This document shows, in pieces, positions 22,031-33,650 of a DNA stretch of 64,000 nt. The DNA comes from Bilabrum cf. latius (lineage: Eukaryota). Numbering within the stretch: the stretch's first letter is position 1; each line of letters opens with the position of its first letter. The stretch lies in the NCBI GenBank assembly GCA_965178125.1, contig OZ237766.1, forward strand, positions 744,001-808,000, in the 5' to 3' direction. The notes below the pieces were generated by a model. It ran no database searches. It had not been told where the DNA came from and worked only from the letters and a program-made list of their open reading frames with translations. A program made the translations under genes and the position numbers.

Positions 22031-24415
22031 TCAGTGCGATCGTTCTATACCAGTCACGTTGAGAAGTGTCCCCGCATCCAGATCTGACCGCGTGACACTG
22101 GTGCGCCCCTTGTTGTGATAGTGCACCTGCGTGAGCTTTAGCCATGGCTCGTAGGACGTCAGCGCGTGGCCTCGGCGCCGCCGGAACTGAAGAAAGGCCT
22201 TGCAGTTATCAGTTCCGCCTTCCGTGCTGCGGCCCCGGACGGCCACTGCCCCCCTTGTCCCCACGGAGCCGCACGCGCCCTCTGTGCCGCAAGGGGACAC
22301 CCGCCCATCGCTGCACTCCGCTGCCCACCGTAACTCCACGTCTGCGCACGGCTGGAATGTCGCACTGTTGCAGAATCCTTGTGGTCCAAACCCGTTCTCG
22401 GGGTTCGCTCCGCCAATCCATTGCCCCCAACCCGCGCAATCGACGAGTCCGGGCCAGCCCTGCGGCACGGCACCTGCTGGGACAGCGAGTGGGCGAGCCG
22501 ATGCCTGCGCTCGAAGCTGAGGAGGGGACTTGGCATCGAACAGCAAGAGCGACTTCAGCCTCGCCATTTCGTTGCTTCCCTTGCACGCTGCAACCTCCGA
22601 CTCCGTGAGAATGCTTGGGGAGCACATGATGAATCCGGCAAGCCGGCGGAGCCCCGCGAGCGACTATACGAGCAGGAAGTTGGCTAGGGCGTTGTTTTTC
22701 CGCATGGTCGTAAACCAAACACCATTTCCGTACGCCTGTGCAAGCGGACGGAGCATGGCCACGTCCTCGTACAGCAAATTGTCGTTCTCCATGTGAAGCA
22801 GCTCCGTAGCGTTGTGCTCGTGCGCCCACGCGTCCAGCAGCAGCAGTCGCTCCGCCGTGAAGCGCCAGAAGCCGTCACGAAAGCCGGTGTTGAACGGTAT
22901 CTTACCTTTCTGAAACTAAAGCAGGGCCTGCGTCGGCTGGATGTTCTCAACAGGAACGAACTCCACGGGATGCCCGAAGCCATCGTCCAGCTCGAGCCGG
23001 CCGGCAAAGCGCCTCTCCGATATGACGATGCGGCGAGAGCGAGGGTTCCACATGCCCGCGTTCGCGAGGCTGTTGGGTAGAAAATCCGGCCAGCGTTTGC
23101 CCTTGTGCACCCAAACGAGGGGAACGGGTGGCGCCAGCTCGCGGTGCGCATGTATTCGCCTACTCCACCACGACAGCCGCAGCCATGGCACTGCCGTCCT
23201 CGGATCGTACGTGCCGAGCTTCGCGGCGAAACGATCGAACTTGATGTCTGCGAAGCCCTACGGTCCGCCAATCAGCACTGCAGCTCGCAGCCCGGGGCAC
23301 TCGTCCAGTAGCAGCGCCGTGAACGGCAAGTCCTCCAGCACGGGCACGCTGCCAGAGTACAGCGACTCCCAGAGGCGGTGCTTGTCCGGGCCACTGCCTC
23401 GGGGAGTTAGCACGAAGCGGTTCTTCTGTAAGACCTTGGTCACGTAGTCGCGCCCGCGGTGCTTGTCGGCCATGAAGTGGCCTGCCGCCCTCGCTGCATC
23501 CATGAGTGGGCCCCGGCTCCCGCTCGTCGGCCGCATGTAGGTGACCGTGACCCGAGCGGGCCGCTTTGACGCCCCCCCCTCGATCTCCTGCCTGCTAGCC
23601 CATGACCACATTGCCGGCCCCTGAGGATCCCACTGGGAGTTCTGCACCCCGTCGGGGAACAGGTGCGCCCGCTTGTGCCGGAACCCCAGGCCGACTGCGT
23701 ACAGGTGGACCTGCGGGTACCGGTCCAGGAACGGCCTCCACTTGTCCTCGCGCGGCGTCGCGGCACCGTTGTGCACAAGAACCGCAGTCAGTTGGCCGTG
23801 CGCTGCCGCGGCCTCCACGTATGGCCACCATGGCTCCTGTGCCGACCAATTGGAAAGGAGAGACAGCACCCTGGCTCTCTTGGCGTCTTCCCGCTGCGCC
23901 TCCGTCGCCGTCTCGAACACTCGGAGCTTCTGCCCAGCCTCCGCCGGAACTGAGTGCATGAACTTCGCCTCGCTTACGGTCCCCATCAGAACCAGGTCCG
24001 CCAGGGCTGCCAATCGAGCGCCCTGCACGATCTCGTCCGCCTCGATCGAGCTGTTGTCGAACACGGCCGTCGGAAGGCCACCGACGAAGTTGAAATGCGC
24101 CGGATGGCTCTTTGTATCGTGTGCTTTTACAGCTGGTGCGACAGGATCCTCGTTGGCTACGGGAACATGAGTGTCTCGAGGTCGCTCTTGGTCATTCGTG
24201 CTTGAAGCTATCGGTGATGAATGCATCGCACCATACCATGCGATGGTAATAGCCCATGCCAAAGCCGAGCAGGCGATCACGACGCCAACTAGCCTACAGA
24301 GCATTTCCTTTTGCCGCCATCTCACGCAGGCGAGGCAATGCGTGCTACATTGCGAGCTAAGCGCGGGCTTTTGAGCAGACTGCTGTTGTGTTGAGGCGGG
24401 ATTGGAGCGGATCAT
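22031..24415 (-). CDS. Two-domain glycosyltransferase: GT47/exostosin-like domain plus GT-A-like domain, type II membrane
   Basis: TM anchor LVGVVIACSALAWAITIAWY; RFVLTPRGSGPDKHRLWESLYSGSVPVL; after the TAG at 23258 a second domain FWRFTAERLLLL...LLHMENDNLLY. 795 codons, TAGs at 23258, 22916 and 22664; ends TGA. Confidence 0.75.
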
Positions 24416-24754
24416 ACGCCTGTTCGCGGTCGGCACAGCTTCAAGTCGTAAGGATGCTGCGACGTATTTCTAGCTGCTACTGGCAGCCTGATTCTTCGCA
24501 TCCTGATCGACGGGAAGTGAGCTCATCGCTGCTTCAGTTTGTGGAGTACTGAGACGAAGACACGGCGTTTCTAGTCGCTAGATGGTGTCGTCAGATCCTA
24601 AAAGAATTCAATATTATGTATTGGTCTTGATGTCTTCGCCCCTAGTAGAGGCGATCGACGAAAGAACTGCCTGGCTCCGCTCATTTCAGGCTCGCCCCCT
24701 GGTTATATCAAATTTTCGTGCAAAGTGTACGCAACCACCTGGCAGATCCTCAGC

Positions 24755-24799
24755 GGAATCTTTACCCAACAATGTATTTCTGTATTTCTGTATTTCTCA
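24755..24799 (+). repeat. Direct copy of the LINE 3' terminus
   Basis: GGAATCTTTACCCAACAATGTATTTCTGTA... matches 28595-28652. Confidence 0.9.
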
Positions 24800-24802
24800 G
24801 CA

Positions 24803-25946
24803 CAGACCTGTCCACAGCGGCACCCCCGGACAGGCCCCGGACACCCCCGGACAGCCATTTCTGGACATCGTGTCCGGGGGTCGAATTCTTAACTCGTCTA
24901 ATAATTGTCCTATGCAAAAAATAAGACCAGATTTGGCCTTCTCGCGGCGATTTAAGGTCGATCAACTCGGTCGCTCAACTCTCAGTTGCGCCGCCGCCGC
25001 GGAAAATTTCGCAAAACAGTACGCAACCTTCGATTCTGATATACACGTTTCCCATTCCCAGGCAACCAATATCCTCCAACAAACAATACTAGACGTACAG
25101 TCGCATATAATTAGTTTATTATATAATGTTGGTACTGAGTAATGTTGAATAAGTATTTCTGAGCCCAGAATCCGGCAACTACCTGTGGAGACCAGGTGCA
25201 ACTCCTGAGATGCATCCACCAATTCTGGATCAACTAGCAAAATTATGCACTGGTTATCATTAAATAGGTTTAATAAATCATGTTTCGTCGTTGGTGGTCG
25301 CTGTATGGAGATACATTGGCGTAAACCCCCTTGGGACACTGAGAAAGTAAGCGTTGGTGTTCTCAACGATAAGTGAGGTTTGTGTACTTATTGATACCCT
25401 GGATTGGGATTTTATGTAGCAAATATACCATTCGTATGATGTGAATGCTGATGCATGTCAATATCGTGGTACCCTTTGTGGGCGGCCAATCTGGCCAATT
25501 GAGAGCCGCCATACTGGCTGCTGTGTACAGAAATTCCAGAGCCTAGGACATCAATTATGTTTGATTTACACACCTTACCCTATTAATTGCTGGTAGTGTG
25601 CACGCTGGGGTGACTGGTCCTTAGAACTGGCCTGGAGCAGGGGCCCGGCACCTGCTCAGCCTTTCAAAGGAACATTGACCGCATTATAACTGCGTACAAC
25701 CAGAAATATCAATCTATATGATACTAAAAATGATGATACAACCATAAATTTGCAATATAACCCTCGGAGTCTGGAGGAAAGTGCCGGAATATGTCTCTAC
25801 GTCGATTGTAGCCTTCTGTTTGAAAGTACACCTTATCCCTCAGAGTTTCACTTTTCGACCCCCGGACAGGGGACGAGGGGTCCTGTCCGGGGGCCAGAAA
25901 GTGGATTTTGACCCCCGGACAGTCCGGGGGTCCGTGGACAGGTCTG
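24803..25946. mobile_element. Non-autonomous hAT-like DNA transposon
   Basis: 13-bp TIR CAGACCTGTCCAC/GTGGACAGGTCTG; perfect 8-bp TSD TCTCAGCA (24795-24802 and 25947-25954); subterminal CCCCCGGAC repeats; AT-richer interior without a transposase. Confidence 0.9.
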
Positions 25947-25954
25947 TCTCAGCA

Positions 25955-28652
25955 AGGCACAGGAGTCCCAGGAGTCGACGAATTCAGGCCAATATGCTGG
26001 ACATCGGCGCTTTCGAAAGTGGTGAGTACTATCGCAAACCAGAAGGTCATGTGGTACTGCGAAAAGCACGGACTCTTTGGACAGGACCAGGCTGGTTTTC
26101 GCATCGGAAAAAACTGTCAGCAGGCCTACTCAGCGGTGATGGAATGGATCACTCAACGAGGAGGGGCTGGAGGTTTCCTGGTGTTTTTTGATATCAAGGG
26201 AGCCTTCGACAGCTGCAAGTGGAACGTCATCGAGGCCATCATGACGGAACAAGGATGGGGACGCCAGACGATACGCTTCCTGATGGCCCGCATGCAGGTG
26301 GCCATCCGCGTCCGAGACCCACACACCATAAAGGTCTCTACCAGAGTGCAGAAGACGGCGGGCACCCCACAAGGGGAGATCCTGTCCCCCACTATCTTCC
26401 TGGTACTGATGGGGGTCCTATTGGAGACGCTACGGAAAGAGAGGCTCCAACACGGACACCAACAAAGGATCATTACCGCCACTGGACGATATGTGGAATG
26501 CGGACAAGTCGGGTATGCGGACGATTACGTGGCACTGACATCGCAATGGAACGAGGCAGTGATGGTCATGAAGCTAGTCAAGAGCCTGTTCGCACTCGCC
26601 GGCATGCAGCTGGGAATCAAACCTCTGACCGCACAGGGCCAGGGGACCAAGACAGCGATGATGGCCTTTGGCTACGCCCGAGACTCAACCCCTGGGGACA
26701 TGCCAGACGGCGTCGCATGCAGAGCAGCGGGTGCGGGAGATGCTGAAGGCGAGTGGACCATCCCACTTGCCTCATCTTACCTCTACCTCGGGCTACTCAT
26801 CTCAACTCAATCGGTGCGAATCAGCCCAGATGAGACAGTCGGGCTCCTGCAGGCTAGAGACATCTGGGTGATCGACATGGTACCACACGTGCGCAGGAGG
26901 CTTGCTATGGCGTACCGGGCGGCTAGAGACATCACACGAGCGGCGGTTATCAGAAACTGGGCAGTCTCTCTGCACGCTCAGCTGCTGCACGCAGGAGCGA
27001 TCACGAGTGCATTCTACGGAGCAGAGGCAGCGGCATGCGCAACAGGATGGGACTGCTTGTCAGGAGTAGGACAAGGTACTGGCATCTTCTACGGGATGAA
27101 GCTAAACCTAGAAGTCCTCAGGATGCTGGACAAATTCCTGCTGGACATGCGCTGGATGATTGCCAGCGGATCAACGCAGGTAAGGCCAATCTCCATGGGA
27201 GGCCGATATGTGCCAAGCCTTGCGATGAACACCGAGCTGCTCACTGCAACAGCAGCGGGACGAGTTGTAGTGAGCCTGTTAGATCTGATCGAGTGCCCCC
27301 TGAAGAAGGGCCTTGACGTAGCAGCCAGGTACATGTACCAGGGCCGACACCTGCAGGGACCACCGCTACAGACGGGCCCTCTCGGTGCTGCCCTGGCACT
27401 GGGATACAGGATCAAGATGCCTGGGCGGATTGTACATACTGACGACGCGAAGGACTGGCTGGGATACCAGGAGACTGAGAAAAGAGTCACGAAATGGATG
27501 CAATCCACGTCCGGAGCTGCGGAACGGGCATTCACAAGCCTTAGTCTGGGATGCTCGCACGATCCAGCACTGTCAGACCAAGACCGGGAGCGCGCCGCGT
27601 GCGGAGTGGTGATGTTTAACCGATTTGCAACGAAAGGACGGAATGCTTTCCGACCAGGAGCCATGGTGACTATAGCGGCAATGCAGGAGTACGGTCATCA
27701 AGGAAGACGAATCCTGCGCATTCGAGCTGGACAATATCCACAACAGGGAACGCCCAACCTCCAGGTATCGGGCACCGCGGTAGAGCAGATGGAGCGAGCT
27801 GAGCATGAGCGTCACGCCGAAACGAAGCCGTGGCAACCTGATGCCGGGAATCAGAATAGAGGGAGGTCGCCCGCCTCTCTTCGGAAGGCATGCGCGAAGA
27901 CAGCTCTCGCCCTGGATCCCTGGGACGAGAAGCTGGAGCACACCAACAGGGCCAAGCCAATCGTCGAAGGCGCGCTCATTCGGATAGAGCGCACGATTGC
28001 ACGGTCCTTGGAACGTACAGCTGTCAAGGTGCTGGCCAACCGAGTGGTGCAGGTGCTCCGAAACCAGCTGCGCCAGCAGGAGCAGCTGACATGCAGGCAG
28101 TGGATGCGTGGTGATGCGGCGGCTGCCTTAGCCGCCACGGCCACGCAGGAGTTGTTAGCGGCAACCAATGCGAACGCCCGACTACAGCAACGGATTTTCA
28201 AGCCCCACGGCTTGCTAAAGGATATAGAGAGGCAATGGGCCAAAGGCATGAGCGCGTGCATGCTCGCCTCTCTGAAGGATTGTGAGACGCAGACACGGTC
28301 ATGGAGGAGGAAATGGTGGGTCTCGACCGGGGACCCTGATGTGGGACTGGACCGCGCCTTGCGCCGGGCACACGCTCCGCACCTGTACGATTTCTCCTTG
28401 TGAAGGCAACAGGCTGAGGGCCTGTGGGGGACCACACTGATGGCGAAGAATGGGAACTCGGCGGCATAGGCTGAGAACGGGGGGCCCTTGGCCTGAAAGG
28501 GTCGGGGGTCTTGTAGTCCTTTGTTTGAGGGCTCCTCTGGATCTAGGTGATCACCCAAACCCCCTCGGGGGCGCCGGTGCATCTGGGTGCTTATGGAATC
28601 TTTACCCAACAATGTATTTCTGTATGTATTTCTGTATTTTCTGTATTTCTCA
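25955..28652 (+). mobile_element. 5'-truncated non-LTR retrotransposon (LINE)
   Basis: RT ORF, short 3' UTR with hairpins, and a (TGTATTTC)n-type tail. Confidence 0.9.
25956..28403 (+). CDS. Non-LTR reverse transcriptase, 5'-partial
   Basis: Motifs FRPI, QAGFR, FFDIKGAFDS, GTPQGEILSP, GYADD, YLYLG and FYGAE; ends TGA. The track's start at 25908 lies inside the hAT element. Confidence 0.92.
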   Translation, partial: GTGVPGVDEFRPICWTSALSKVVSTIANQKVMWYCEKHGLFGQDQAGFRIGKNCQQAYSAVMEWITQRGGAGGFLVFFDIKGAFDSCKWNVIEAIMTEQGWGRQTIRFLMARMQVAIRVRDPHTIKVSTRVQKTAGTPQGEILSPTIFLVLMGVLLETLRKERLQHGHQQRIITATGRYVECGQVGYADDYVALTSQWNEAVMVMKLVKSLFALAGMQLGIKPLTAQGQGTKTAMMAFGYARDSTPGDMPDGVACRAAGAGDAEGEWTIPLASSYLYLGLLISTQSVRISPDETVGLLQARDIWVIDMVPHVRRRLAMAYRAARDITRAAVIRNWAVSLHAQLLHAGAITSAFYGAEAAACATGWDCLSGVGQGTGIFYGMKLNLEVLRMLDKFLLDMRWMIASGSTQVRPISMGGRYVPSLAMNTELLTATAAGRVVVSLLDLIECPLKKGLDVAARYMYQGRHLQGPPLQTGPLGAALALGYRIKMPGRIVHTDDAKDWLGYQETEKRVTKWMQSTSGAAERAFTSLSLGCSHDPALSDQDRERAACGVVMFNRFATKGRNAFRPGAMVTIAAMQEYGHQGRRILRIRAGQYPQQGTPNLQVSGTAVEQMERAEHERHAETKPWQPDAGNQNRGRSPASLRKACAKTALALDPWDEKLEHTNRAKPIVEGALIRIERTIARSLERTAVKVLANRVVQVLRNQLRQQEQLTCRQWMRGDAAAALAATATQELLAATNANARLQQRIFKPHGLLKDIERQWAKGMSACMLASLKDCETQTRSWRRKWWVSTGDPDVGLDRALRRAHAPHLYDFSL

Positions 28653-28728
28653 ATGGGCTGAAACGTGGGGAGAAGCCCAAGCCAGCCTGAAGGCCCTCAT
28701 AGCGGGACCTGCCACGGAGCAAGCGCTC

Positions 28729-29470
28729 TCATAGGCCAGAGCATGCCTAGCTGCACATCGCCGAGCCAGCCTACGCCTCCAAGGGCGACAGCGGGGGCTC
28801 GACGGACGGATGCAGGCAACTTTCTTGGGGAGCACAGAGGTGAACCAGCAGGCCCAGGAGGGGTAGGAGTACTGGACGATGCTCATCTACAGCCTGGACC
28901 ATGATCGACGGGATGTCTTCGAGACCACTGAGCGAACCTCGATCTGGATCAACCGCCGCCTGCAGCCGGTCCCACCGCTCAGACTGGTCCACGATGCTGC
29001 TGAATGCTCCTTCCAGCTGGGTCACGACATGCCGGACAGCGGCTGCCTGGAAAGATGCAGCCAAATCAGCAGCCAGACGCACGTCCCTGCGAGCAGCCTC
29101 GGGCCCCCCGCGCTCCTCGACAACCCTCTCTAAGGCCGTCTTGAGCCCCGCAAAACTGAAGTCCCAGCGGCCCGTGCTTGCCTGCCGCTGCAGCACCCTG
29201 GGTGTGCGCATGGGAAGGGGCAGCGGGACTGCCCCGGGGGCCCCTCCCATCTCATTGGCCAGCCACTCGAGGCAGGCGCCGTAGTGCACAGGCCTGGGTC
29301 TAGCCTCCGTACAGCTCCGAGTCGATTCCGATTCCGAGGCAGCCCACTCCTTCTCCTGCTGCCTGTCCCTCTCCTTCTCCGCCCTTTCCCACAGCCGCTG
29401 TGTGTGCTCGTGCGCAAAACATAGCCTGGCAGCCTTGTCCCAGGCCTCGCCCAGTGCGTCGAATGCTCCT
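28729..29470 (-). pseudogene. Internal fragment of a Kae1/TsaD/Qri7-family t6A threonylcarbamoyltransferase
   Basis: DALGEAWDKAARL, DFSFAGLKTA and ADLAASFQAAAVRHV are present. The N-terminal HxxxH/SGGHT and C-terminal GGVxxN/DNxxMI motifs were not found. Confidence 0.65.
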
Positions 29471-29955
29471 GACGCGCCAAAGAATTGTCCGCACTGATGC
29501 TGCGTAGTACAGCTGTCGTGGCCCGCGGCTTGCGAATAATCATGGTGGCCTGCGAAACATCTCCAGAAGGTTCCACAGGTATGCCTATTGGCCATACCAG
29601 GCAACACAACACAAATGCTACACAATGTGGCGATGGTTTCCCACTAGGCTATCATATTAAGGGGTGTTCTGACTGATGCTCCCCCGGGGGCCCTCGCGAG
29701 CCCGCGCGGGTCCGACCGGCTATCCCACAGGGGTGTGGCGGTCTGGCTTGCCTATTTGGATCGCCGAGGGAGGCCTACCAGTGCATGCGGTCATGATGTG
29801 CGTTCTTGGTTGGTGTGGCGCGTGGGTGGGCATCTGCCGCAACTGCACTGAACACATGGTTCGCTCATGTCTAGAGAGATGCTGAAGCCCCATGGTTCGG
29901 GATAGGTACAGGCATCGTATCTGCACCGACGTTGAATTTGTTCCCCAGATGTCAA

Positions 29956-32900
29956 TCAACGGTTATCAGTAGAGGTGGATCGAGCGCACGCCACACGCAT
30001 CATCCTCTCCGAGACACGCACTGCACCCACCTGCAAGCCCCCACGGACAAGACCACCATCCTACAGGGCTTCACATGCCTTTCTCCGTGCCAAAACCCGT
30101 TCCTATGCGACGCCAAGCATCCAATCTACGACTGAGAGCGGGTCCGTTGCCCAGTTCAAGTACTGTCCCGCTTGGTAGGAGGCCAACCTCATCTTCAAGT
30201 AGACGTCCGGCGGAACCTGTCTCAAGATGCACTCTAGCCTGCCAACAGAGTCTGGGGACGCCGGCAACCGAATTGTGAAAGCATCCCAGTTGATGAAATC
30301 GCTTCCCGGCAGCAGCTAATCCGAGCTCATCACTACCACGGGCCGCCCAATCAAGGCCCCTTCCACCGGCCTGGGTGTCCATGAAGCCCAGCCCTGCGGC
30401 GCGATTAAGAACAGTGACCTTGCTGCCTCTTTCTTGTACGAATTGTGCGGTGACGCGGCAGTGATGTGCCCTGGTAGCCAGAACTACGGTGCGGGGGCAT
30501 CCTTTTTGCTCACTCGCACGGCAGCGTCAGCCTGCCCTGGAGCGTGATCCAGCGCCTTGTACCACTGCAGGCACGACCGGCCCTAGTTCTCCTTGAACGA
30601 GTCCAAGCTGTCCGGCTTCTGGTCGTTGGCCTAATCCCGTTTCTGGATCTACACAAATAGCGCGGCCTGCGAGGCATTCTAGCTGCTCGGTAGCGGTTTC
30701 CACGCTCGAACAAGCCCCGAGCCACTGCTATTCTCGGGGGATCGCTTAGCCGAAACCTTACCTGTGTCCCAGACGAACTCCTCGGGGCCGAATTTTGTCC
30801 TCATTGCCATGGAGCCGTAGACCGCGGCGAGAGCCATCCTGGTTCCATTGGAGTATCGCCTCGGCTTCTTGACTGTTCCTCCGAAGAGAGCCAGACGAAT
30901 GCCCAAATGCTGCTTCGCTGCCTTGGCCTCTAGGCTTCCAGTGTCTGACATGATTGCATCTGCAGTCACGCCGCCCCTCTTCAACGGATCAAACTTGCCC
31001 CCGTAGGGTTGCACGAGGTGCTAGGCAGAGTGGATCAGTTGTGACCTTGGCGTTGACAAGTCCCTGAAAACTCCTTTAGCCGACACTGGGACAGGCTCGA
31101 CCCCTGTCCTAAGCATCCATCGCTTGGTCATTCCTAGTTTGGCCACGGTTTGCGTCGTGGCTGCTGCCATGCTCGAAGTGTGGGGAAACCCCGCGTCGCT
31201 ATCTCTATCCCAGTGCACGTACGGCGGCATGACGAAGTCCCAAGGGTCGTAGTACACGGTGGCCTTCGTTGCTACTTGGTGCTGCCTGTCCTTCTTCCAC
31301 CAGTACGGCGCCTCCGGAGTACCCTTGAAGTCCGGCGCTAGCCCGCGGTGCTGCGCCAGTATCATGCCACCGAATCCAAGACCGGTAAGAGACTCGTTAA
31401 ACACCCGCGGGCTTAAACTAAACAGCCGCGACCCTTGGTCGTGTGCGAAGACCATGAAATGATCGGCACCTCCGTGCCGCCTCCACTGAGGCGTGTCTCT
31501 GATGCGCTCCATCAGCGGCCCCAAGTACGTGTCCCCGACCAATCTCTGGCACTCGGTCATGACCGACCCTTGTTTCTGCAAGCAGTTGTGGAAGTGGCAC
31601 TCCGTCGAATGCGGGACCACAAACATTGTGGCCTCATCAGGGTCTGTTGTCAATGCAGGCTAGTGCAATACGGACGCTGCGAAGAGCAATTCGCTCTGGT
31701 ACATGAATCGGTATCCACGCGCTTTGGGTGACGCCTAGACCATGGGTATGCACTGAGGATAGCCCTGCTTGGTGACCCACGGATGTTCGCACTTGCCCGC
31801 GCTCTTCCATGGGTTGCAATTGACCGCATCTCCCGAGCCGTACACGGGGCCGAAAACAGGCACTCCCCCCACCTCCCCACTCGGCCATCCGTACACGTAA
31901 ACCTTGGCCTTATCCATGAAAGACAGAGACGGTGGAGGTCGAAAGAGCGCAGCGGAGTCTTGCCGTGGGTACCGCAGCTTGTCCTGCTCGCACTCGCTGG
32001 TGACGCGCCCTAGCTCGCAATGCAGAGAATTGCGGGATGCCGCATCAGTAAGCACCTTTGACTGCCCTCCATTATCCCACGCATCGAGCTTCGCGGGGAG
32101 CCTATCCTGCTTGGTCGGGTCGCCGGGGCACACGCTCGGCGGGGTGGGATCCTGGGATACTTTGACAGGGTCAATCTCTAACTTGCGAATGTCCGAGACG
32201 CCACCAGCTGCTGCAGCGGTCGACACGAAACCGGAACCGGTCACCAGCAAGGCGTCCATCTGTCCGAGGGCAAACCACTCTGCCACCATAATTCTCTCTT
32301 GCAACTCGAGATCGGCTGGCTCCCCTCTCGACTTGCCCACATGATACATCCCCTCCCACCTGCCAGAAACATTCAGCGTGCGAACAGCAGCGAGGTTGCG
32401 AGATTTTTCATCGATTGCTAGGCGATTCACGGCTTCCTAGCCCCTTGCATGCGAATCAGCTGCCACAATCACTGCGGTCTCTTCGGCCGACCACCCGCGG
32501 TCCTCAACGATATGCATCACAGCTGCCGGCAGCCGCATCATTGCCGCACTTGCTACCGCAGGCTGTGTTCTCAAATCAAATTTGCTGCCTAGTCGCAGGT
32601 GCACTCCAATGTGCCGCTTGGTAATGAACAGCTCGGTTCTCGCACCTGCGCCTGGTTCAGCTAGTGATTCGGCTGGTGTCAAGGCCTCGTCCACAACGCG
32701 ATGAACCAGCTCAGATACGGCATTTACAGGTCTGAAGAGCAATGCAGCCATAGACTACCATAGCTCCAAATGAAATCGGCAGCCACGCTCCTTCAAGCCA
32801 GTGAGCGCCTACCGGGCGAATAGCTACCCCGCAGTTCGCTCCGGTGCTACGTCACTTTTCCCAGCCGCAGGCCAACTTATACTCGACGGCGGAATGCACA

Positions 32901-33537
32901 AACTGATTGGTATTTCCCAATGGAAGTTCCAGGTGACCCTGATATGTTGCTTACCCTTGACGATCTTGTCGTAGACGTCTCGAATCCAGTTGCACTTGCG
33001 GCCTTTTCTCGCACCAGTGTATCCGTTGATTTGGGCATCGAGCCAGTTGAAATCAGAAGTGACATCTTGGTTCTGCCACTGTTGCCGAACGTGATTCGGC
33101 GCTGTCCAGTTCAGTACAGGAGAGCTAGAAGCGCCAAGCAACGCCGGGCCAACGAAAGACTCCAGGCGAGACGGCCAGGACTGCTCGATGTAAAATATCC
33201 TCCCCGTCATGGTACTGAGGAAGAAAGTTGACATGATTCCTTTGATTCTGTCCCCAAAACCACTGCAAGGTCGCTCGCAAACCCAGGTCAAAGTGCTGGA
33301 CGCCGGATTGTCTCTGGTGTCGCGATGAAGCCGCACGTAGTCCTCGAAGGGCCCGCTGTACTCTGGTTTGGGTCCAGTTATAGATGATGATGCTTTGAGC
33401 GAGGCTACACGTGAGAGCTGTGAGCGCAAGCTATCATTTGCCCGCCACACGATGGTAGCGAACACGGCCACTGAAACGAAAAGGGCGACCCCTGCCACCA
33501 CGCGGACTCTAAAAATACTATCCGCGAAGAATTTCAT
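29956..33537 (-). CDS. Fucosyltransferase-like (GT23/GT37-type) plus exostosin/GT47 fusion, type II membrane, about 1193 aa
   Basis: TM anchor; GFGDRIKG, IGVHLRLG and EWFALGQMDALLVTGSGF; then KVYVY, TTDPDEATMFVVP, GADHFMVFAHDQG and SLFLIAPQGWASWTPRPVEG. A single frame of 1194 codons with 15 TAGs and no TAA/TGA until the TGA at 29956-29958. Confidence 0.85.
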
Positions 33538-33650
33538 GTTGCGTTATCAGTCAAGTGAACAGACCTGTTTGCGCAAGAACCTGAGGGGTTCAGCGACCTG
33601 AAACCTCAAATATACTTCGCGCCAGTCGATTGTGGGCAGCGAGCACTGCT

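Noticed and set aside
25956-28403. Absence of TAG in the RT ORF as a sign of foreign origin
   Set aside because: GC-rich host genes also have TAG-free runs of 575-635 codons, so this is not significant.
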